38,025 nt of DNA from Saprolegnia diclina VS20. Lineage: Eukaryota. Positions 33,203 to 38,025 of this stretch are shown here, piece after piece (the stretch's first letter is position 1; the number at the start of each line of letters is the position of its first letter). The notes beneath the pieces are model-generated. The model made no database searches, was not told where the DNA came from, and saw only the letters and a list, made by a program, of their open reading frames with translations. The translations under genes and the position numbers were made by a program. The stretch is from NCBI RefSeq assembly GCF_000281045.1, contig NW_008246083.1:694186-732210 (forward strand), in the 5' to 3' direction.

Positions 33203-33484
33203 CTACTTCTTCTTGGACGAGCGCTTGCCCGCGCCCTTCTTGGGCGGGCCGCGGCCTTGCTGCTTGGCCGTCGCGTTGACGTCAAAGCGGTACTGGTTGA
33301 TCTTTTGGTAGTACTCCGAGTAGCCGCCGACGCGCAGATGCAGCGGCTTCTGGAACCAGGACGCGACCTTGTCGCCCTTGAGCTGCTTGCTGATGATCTT
33401 GTTGCCCGACTTGGTGTGGTTCTGCGGCAGGCGCTCAAAGATCTTGCGGCTCAGGTCCGCCACTTGCTTGGAGATCGCCGACAT
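33203..33484 (-). CDS. MRPS33: Mitochondrial small-subunit ribosomal protein mS33 (Rsm27)
   Basis: LSRKIF...SGNKII.KQLKGDKVASWF and C-terminal GRGPPKKGAGKR are the mS33 signature. 93 aa from ATG 33484. Confidence 0.88.
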   Translation of the reverse strand: MSAISKQVADLSRKIFERLPQNHTKSGNKIISKQLKGDKVASWFQKPLHLRVGGYSEYYQKINQYRFDVNATAKQQGRGPPKKGAGKRSSKKK

Positions 33485-34048
33485 CGCGCTGCTTCGTAAA
33501 TTCCCAATCTCTCGACCAGTCCTTCCGCGGCCAGCAACCTCTACAAGTCGATACCATCCGGATACCCGGAAGAGGTCAGATCGATGCCGGCCCTTGGCCT
33601 CAAACCACCGGTAACGTAGCAGCACCTTGTAGATGTGCGCTGCGACGGAGCTTGCACTCAAGTAGCGTCGCACTCCAGCGTCGGTGGAGGGCACGGACGG
33701 CCCCGAGATTAAAGCTCGGTCAACGAAGCAATAATCCGCATAAATGCAGCAATTATCTGACTCCTTGGAGGGGTTCGAACGACTGTAGACGTCTCACAAG
33801 GTCAGCGCCTCGTCCAGGTCGCGCCAATGTATTGGCGCTAGCAGTGCACACCTCTTGAGCGCATGCCATGTCGCTCGCGGCCTCAGTGGTGCCACAGGAA
33901 GGGTCCGGCGGCTGAGCAATAAACCGATCTATTGCCTCTATCCACTCATTTTTTGCAATTTCTATTTTTGTACTTGCTGTTTGTAGGTTGAATAAAACAT
34001 GGACATAAAATTACTTGGCCAAGATGGTCATTTCGCAACAAGCTCAAA

Positions 34049-34747
34049 ATGTGTCACTCGTGCGTGTGTCAGATCGGGCCGTCGATGCTGGCGTCCGACC
34101 TCGCGTGCCTCAAGGACGAGGCGCTCAAGGTCGTCGCGGCCGGCGCCGACTACCTCCACCTCGACGTCATGGACGGCCACTTCGTGCCCAACATTACGTG
34201 GGGTGCGCCGGTCATCAAGAGCCTCCGCAAGCACACGACCGCCTTCTTTGACTGCCACATGATGGTCGCCGAGCCGGAAAAGTGGGTCGACGACATCAAG
34301 GACGCTGGCGGCGACCAGTTCACCTTCCACCTTGAGTCGACGAGCAACCCGACGGCGCTCATTGCGCAGATCCGCGCCGCGGGTATGAAGGTCGGCGTCG
34401 CCATCAAGCCCGGGACTGCCGCCGACGCCGTCCTTCCGTACGTCGACCTCGTTGACATGGTGTTGGTGATGACGGTCGAGCCGGGCTTTGGCGGCCAGAG
34501 CTTCATGGCCGACATGATGCCCAAGGTCGCGTTCTTGCGCGAACGCTTCCCGCTCCTCGACATTGAAGTCGACGGCGGCCTCGGGCCATCGACGATCGAC
34601 GCCGCGGCCAAAGCTGGCGCCAATATGATCGTCGCCGGCAGCTCTGTCTTCCGCGCATCCGATCCCGCAGACGCTATCTTGGCCATGCGCCACAGCGTCG
34701 AGCGCCTCGGCAACGGCAAGACCGACGCCGAGCTCACGCGTCGCTAG
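34049..34747 (+). CDS. RPE: Ribulose-phosphate 3-epimerase
   Basis: [49 protein letters not shown] and IVAGS motifs. Confidence 0.97.
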   Translation: MCHSCVCQIGPSMLASDLACLKDEALKVVAAGADYLHLDVMDGHFVPNITWGAPVIKSLRKHTTAFFDCHMMVAEPEKWVDDIKDAGGDQFTFHLESTSNPTALIAQIRAAGMKVGVAIKPGTAADAVLPYVDLVDMVLVMTVEPGFGGQSFMADMMPKVAFLRERFPLLDIEVDGGLGPSTIDAAAKAGANMIVAGSSVFRASDPADAILAMRHSVERLGNGKTDAELTRR

Positions 34748-34921
34748 CAATAGACACTTAGCGACTCCTCAACACGACGCTTCGTTGAAACAAATCGTAT
34801 ACGACCTCGCTCGATCGGCTACATACTAGTCGACTCTCGCATGGGCAGATGAGAGCACAAGTTGGCGCTCCAAGGATTTGCAAACTGAAGCAATATTTAA
34901 ACACATGAAATGGATTCGTAA

Positions 34922-37630
34922 TTACAAAGGGCTGGGAAACGCCGATGATTTTGGCTGTCGCGCCGCAGTGTACAGGCCGCCGGTGCGATAGAGCGCCGCA
35001 TTGTCAAAGAAGGTGCCCCAGAAGCGCTCGGTCGTCGGGCAGTTGATGGCAACCCACTTGAGCAGCGCGCTGTAGAAGGCTTGCTCGAGTGCCAGCGTCG
35101 CCACCGAGTTGAACGCCGACGGGATCGGCGCCGACGGGAACGTCACATCGACCAGCCGAAGTTTGGCCGACGGGTACAGTTTCTTGAGCTGCGTCCAGAC
35201 AAGATCGAGCCCCGCCATCGGCTTGGTTGGGTCGTACTTGCCGTCCAAAAACGGTTGGTACGTGACGCCAATGACGTCACAGGCGGATGCGAGCGCCCGC
35301 ATGGCGGTGGTGCCTGTCAGCCACGTCGCCGCCTTCTGCGCCGTGCCCATGACGGGGTTCACGCCCGTCGCCGCGCGCAACGTTGCGCGCACCGCGACGA
35401 CCTGCGCCGCGACCTCGGACGGCGCAAAGTTCTCGTTCATGTTGATGTTTTCGTTGCCGACAAGGATCGCGCGGACGTGGCCGCCGTAGCCGCGCACCGC
35501 CGAGATCGCCGAGTTGACTTGGCTGCTGTACCACCCCTCGCGCGTCATAAAGACGCCGAGGTACACGTCGAGCTGGGCGGCGGCCAAGTAGGGCGTGATC
35601 TCGACGCCGTAAAAATTCGTGTAGACCGTTCGAACGACGTTGAAGTACTTCTTGACGACCGCGAGGTCCTGCGCGATCGCGACACGCAGCGCTGGAAGGT
35701 TGTTCGGGTACGCTGCGTTGTGGAACGGATCGTAGTTGGCACCCATGAAAACCGACGTGCAGGGCGCGGGCGTGGCTCTCTCGGGCGTGGGTGTGACTGG
35801 CGACACTGTCACGACGGGAAGCACCGGCGCCAGTGTGAACGCGGGCGCCTCGTATTGTGGCGGAAACCCCGCGACCTTTTGCTGCCCGCTGGCCGTGAAG
35901 AAGCCAAAGTACTTTTCGAGCTCCTGCGGCTGCGTGCGGTCGTCGGCGCGCAGGTCAAAGAACGTGTACCAGAAGAGCTCGCCGCCCCCTTGCGACGGCT
36001 GCCACTGCGAAAGCGCCGTGTAATACGTGATGGCATTGTTCAAACTCGGAACGACGCGGGGTGAGAGCGGCGACGGCGGCCCACCGGTCGAAAACCCGGT
36101 TTCCGTCAAGCGCAGCTTGGACGCTGGGTAAATGGCGGCCATTTGGTCCCAGAGCGCGTTGAGGAGCACGGTGGGGTTACTGCTGTCGTAGCTGTTGTCG
36201 AAGAACGGGTAGATGTTGACGCCGATAATGTCCGAGTTGTCGGCCAGGTTCTTCATCTCGGTGCGCAGCGACGGGTTGAGCCAGTCGGTGACGCGCTGGA
36301 CTGTCCCAAGCAGCACGCTGTTGACTTTGCCGTTCGACTGGATCGCAATCTGCGACCGAATGTACGAGATTTGACTGCTAATGTACGAAGCGCTGTACGG
36401 GCCGACCGGGATGACGTTTTCGTTGCCGACGAGGATCGCTTTCACGGTCGACGGGTACTTGACGGCGCCTTGAATCGCTGCGTTCACTTGGTCCCCATAC
36501 CAGGTTTGGTCAGTCATGAAGACGCCGAGGTAGAGCGGAACTTGATTTTTGGCCGCGATCGGCGTCACGTCGACGCCCATGTAGGTCGAGTAGTAGGTGC
36601 GCACAACGGCCACGTACTTTTTCATAATCTCAAAGTCTTGGTCCATACCGGCGGCGAGACTACCGTGGGCAACGCCATTGAGCGGGTACGAGTCCAGATG
36701 GAACGGCGAGTAGCAAGCGCCGGCGACCACCGACGAGAACACCGCCGACTCGTTCTGGACGGCGTTGAGGTCGGGCAGAATCTTCTTGGACGTGCCGTCG
36801 ACCGTGTAGAGGCCGTAGGCGTCGACGTCGCCGCTCGGATCGCGCAGTTGGCGGTCGAAGAACGCATAGTAGAAGCCCAGCGCCGCGTACGCCGAGTGCT
36901 TGAACGCATTAAAGTACGTGGTCGCGTCCGCAAGCGACGCCGTCGGGTACCCCGTCTCAGTTATCGTGAGCTTCGTGCTCGGGTACAGAGCTTGGAGCAG
37001 CGGCCAGTGCCCGTTGATGAGCGCGACCGGATCATCGATATCAAAATTCGCGTCGCGACCGGGAAAGTAGTTGACACCGACAACGTCGACGGCGGCTTCA
37101 ACCGCCGACATGTTGGCCGAGAGGAGTGGGTTGAGCCAGTCCTCAAGATGCTGCGCCGTGCCAAGCTTGACGTGCGACGCGCTCGTCTCGGACTGCACAC
37201 GGCTCCGAAGCGCCTCGATGCGGCTAACAAGGTCGGCGGTGGACACCACTTGAAGGCTGTCGCTGCCGACGATGATCGCGTCTACCGTGCTCGGGTGCGT
37301 CTGCAGCGCGTCGATCACCGCGTCGACTTGCTTGTCATAGTCGATGGCACCGACATCGAGCCCAAGGTACACGTGCAAGTCGTAGCGCGCGGCGATCGGC
37401 GTTATCGCGACGCCGTGGAACGCCGGTCGGTACGTCCGCAGCAGCTGGTAGTGCGGGGCGAGGAGCGCGAGATCGGCGTCGATGCCAAGCGCAATGGCCG
37501 TGGCGTTGACTCGGTCACGCGTCGAGAGCGGGTACCCCGGTCGGTGGTCGGGGAAGTACACGACGCCGGGCACGGTCGACTGGGCGGCGGCGACCGCCGT
37601 ACACAGCGCGAGACAGAGCTGCTTGCGCAT
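34922..37630 (-). CDS. Secreted glycoside hydrolase family 17 (beta-1,3-glucanase/transglycosylase) with three tandem GH17 domains
   Basis: Signal peptide MRKQLCLALCTAVAAAQ from ATG 37630. Three repeats of G..Y.P.H...YP...(V/L)RT(Y/V)...(V/L)YLG...I(L/I)VG(N/S)(E/D)...GV(N/T)..P...L(R/T)(L/I)(T/V)(E/D). A Pro/Thr linker lies before the third domain. Confidence 0.9.
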   Translation of the reverse strand: MRKQLCLALCTAVAAAQSTVPGVVYFPDHRPGYPLSTRDRVNATAIALGIDADLALLAPHYQLLRTYRPAFHGVAITPIAARYDLHVYLGLDVGAIDYDKQVDAVIDALQTHPSTVDAIIVGSDSLQVVSTADLVSRIEALRSRVQSETSASHVKLGTAQHLEDWLNPLLSANMSAVEAAVDVVGVNYFPGRDANFDIDDPVALINGHWPLLQALYPSTKLTITETGYPTASLADATTYFNAFKHSAYAALGFYYAFFDRQLRDPSGDVDAYGLYTVDGTSKKILPDLNAVQNESAVFSSVVAGACYSPFHLDSYPLNGVAHGSLAAGMDQDFEIMKKYVAVVRTYYSTYMGVDVTPIAAKNQVPLYLGVFMTDQTWYGDQVNAAIQGAVKYPSTVKAILVGNENVIPVGPYSASYISSQISYIRSQIAIQSNGKVNSVLLGTVQRVTDWLNPSLRTEMKNLADNSDIIGVNIYPFFDNSYDSSNPTVLLNALWDQMAAIYPASKLRLTETGFSTGGPPSPLSPRVVPSLNNAITYYTALSQWQPSQGGGELFWYTFFDLRADDRTQPQELEKYFGFFTASGQQKVAGFPPQYEAPAFTLAPVLPVVTVSPVTPTPERATPAPCTSVFMGANYDPFHNAAYPNNLPALRVAIAQDLAVVKKYFNVVRTVYTNFYGVEITPYLAAAQLDVYLGVFMTREGWYSSQVNSAISAVRGYGGHVRAILVGNENINMNENFAPSEVAAQVVAVRATLRAATGVNPVMGTAQKAATWLTGTTAMRALASACDVIGVTYQPFLDGKYDPTKPMAGLDLVWTQLKKLYPSAKLRLVDVTFPSAPIPSAFNSVATLALEQAFYSALLKWVAINCPTTERFWGTFFDNAALYRTGGLYTAARQPKSSAFPSPL

Positions 37631-38025
37631 GACAAAGCAAATCGCAGAATGGATCTGCCAAGAGAGGCGTCGTCTCCGGTGCCGAACGCGCCGGCACCTT
37701 TCTCGAGCCGTTGTCGTCGGAGAAAAGACCAAGTGCGTCGCTTTTCAAAATACGTTAGCTGAATCAGAACTACCTCAATCCATCGGTGTTTTTGCCGACG
37801 CAAGTGCGGCGTGGCATCCACGCCGTCGGCGCAGATTCCCTTGGTCGTCGTTACGGCGGGTTGCAAGGGCGATATCTCACCGGGATCATGACGACTGTTG
37901 AGACAGCTGTTGAGAGCCGAGATTTCGGCTGGGACAATGAAACCAACGCGTTGGCGACCATTCATTCTGTTTTGGTGAGGAATATCTTTACGTGGTATTC
38001 GTAGCCTCGAGTGCAAGCACTACAC

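Noticed and set aside
135..38016. Many long antisense or alternate-frame ORFs (e.g. 36143..37762 +, 35081..36064 +, 13136..14131 -, 34028..34750 -)
   Set aside because: They are shadows of GC3-rich real genes on the opposite strand or frame, with Arg/Ala-rich composition and no domain motifs.

Overview
Eukaryotic, GC-rich, gene-dense scaffold segment with very short GT-AG introns (about 38-57 nt), oomycete-type INR/FPR core promoters and a 206-N assembly gap. Gene content and style point to an oomycete, probably Saprolegniales (inference). The left 24 kb is a nested paralog cluster: five SLC43/LAT3(FMP42)-like MFS transporter genes (two on the left, three on the right) enclose an RNI-like LRR gene and a head-to-tail array of six intronless genes encoding a START/SRPBCC-like domain plus a non-canonical FYVE-like zinc finger. 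The right part holds a small Cys/His zinc-finger repeat gene, a multi-exon HEAT-repeat gene with a Cnd1/condensin-like segment, several small orphan genes, a bacterial-type xylose-isomerase-like TIM barrel, mitoribosomal mS33, ribulose-phosphate 3-epimerase and a secreted triple-GH17 protein. Notable non-coding structures are a perfect 34-bp AT-rich inverted repeat (22557-22630), an 18-bp palindrome (24973-24990) and a telomere-like G-quadruplex motif (4175-4194). All family assignments come from motif recognition by eye; no searches were run.
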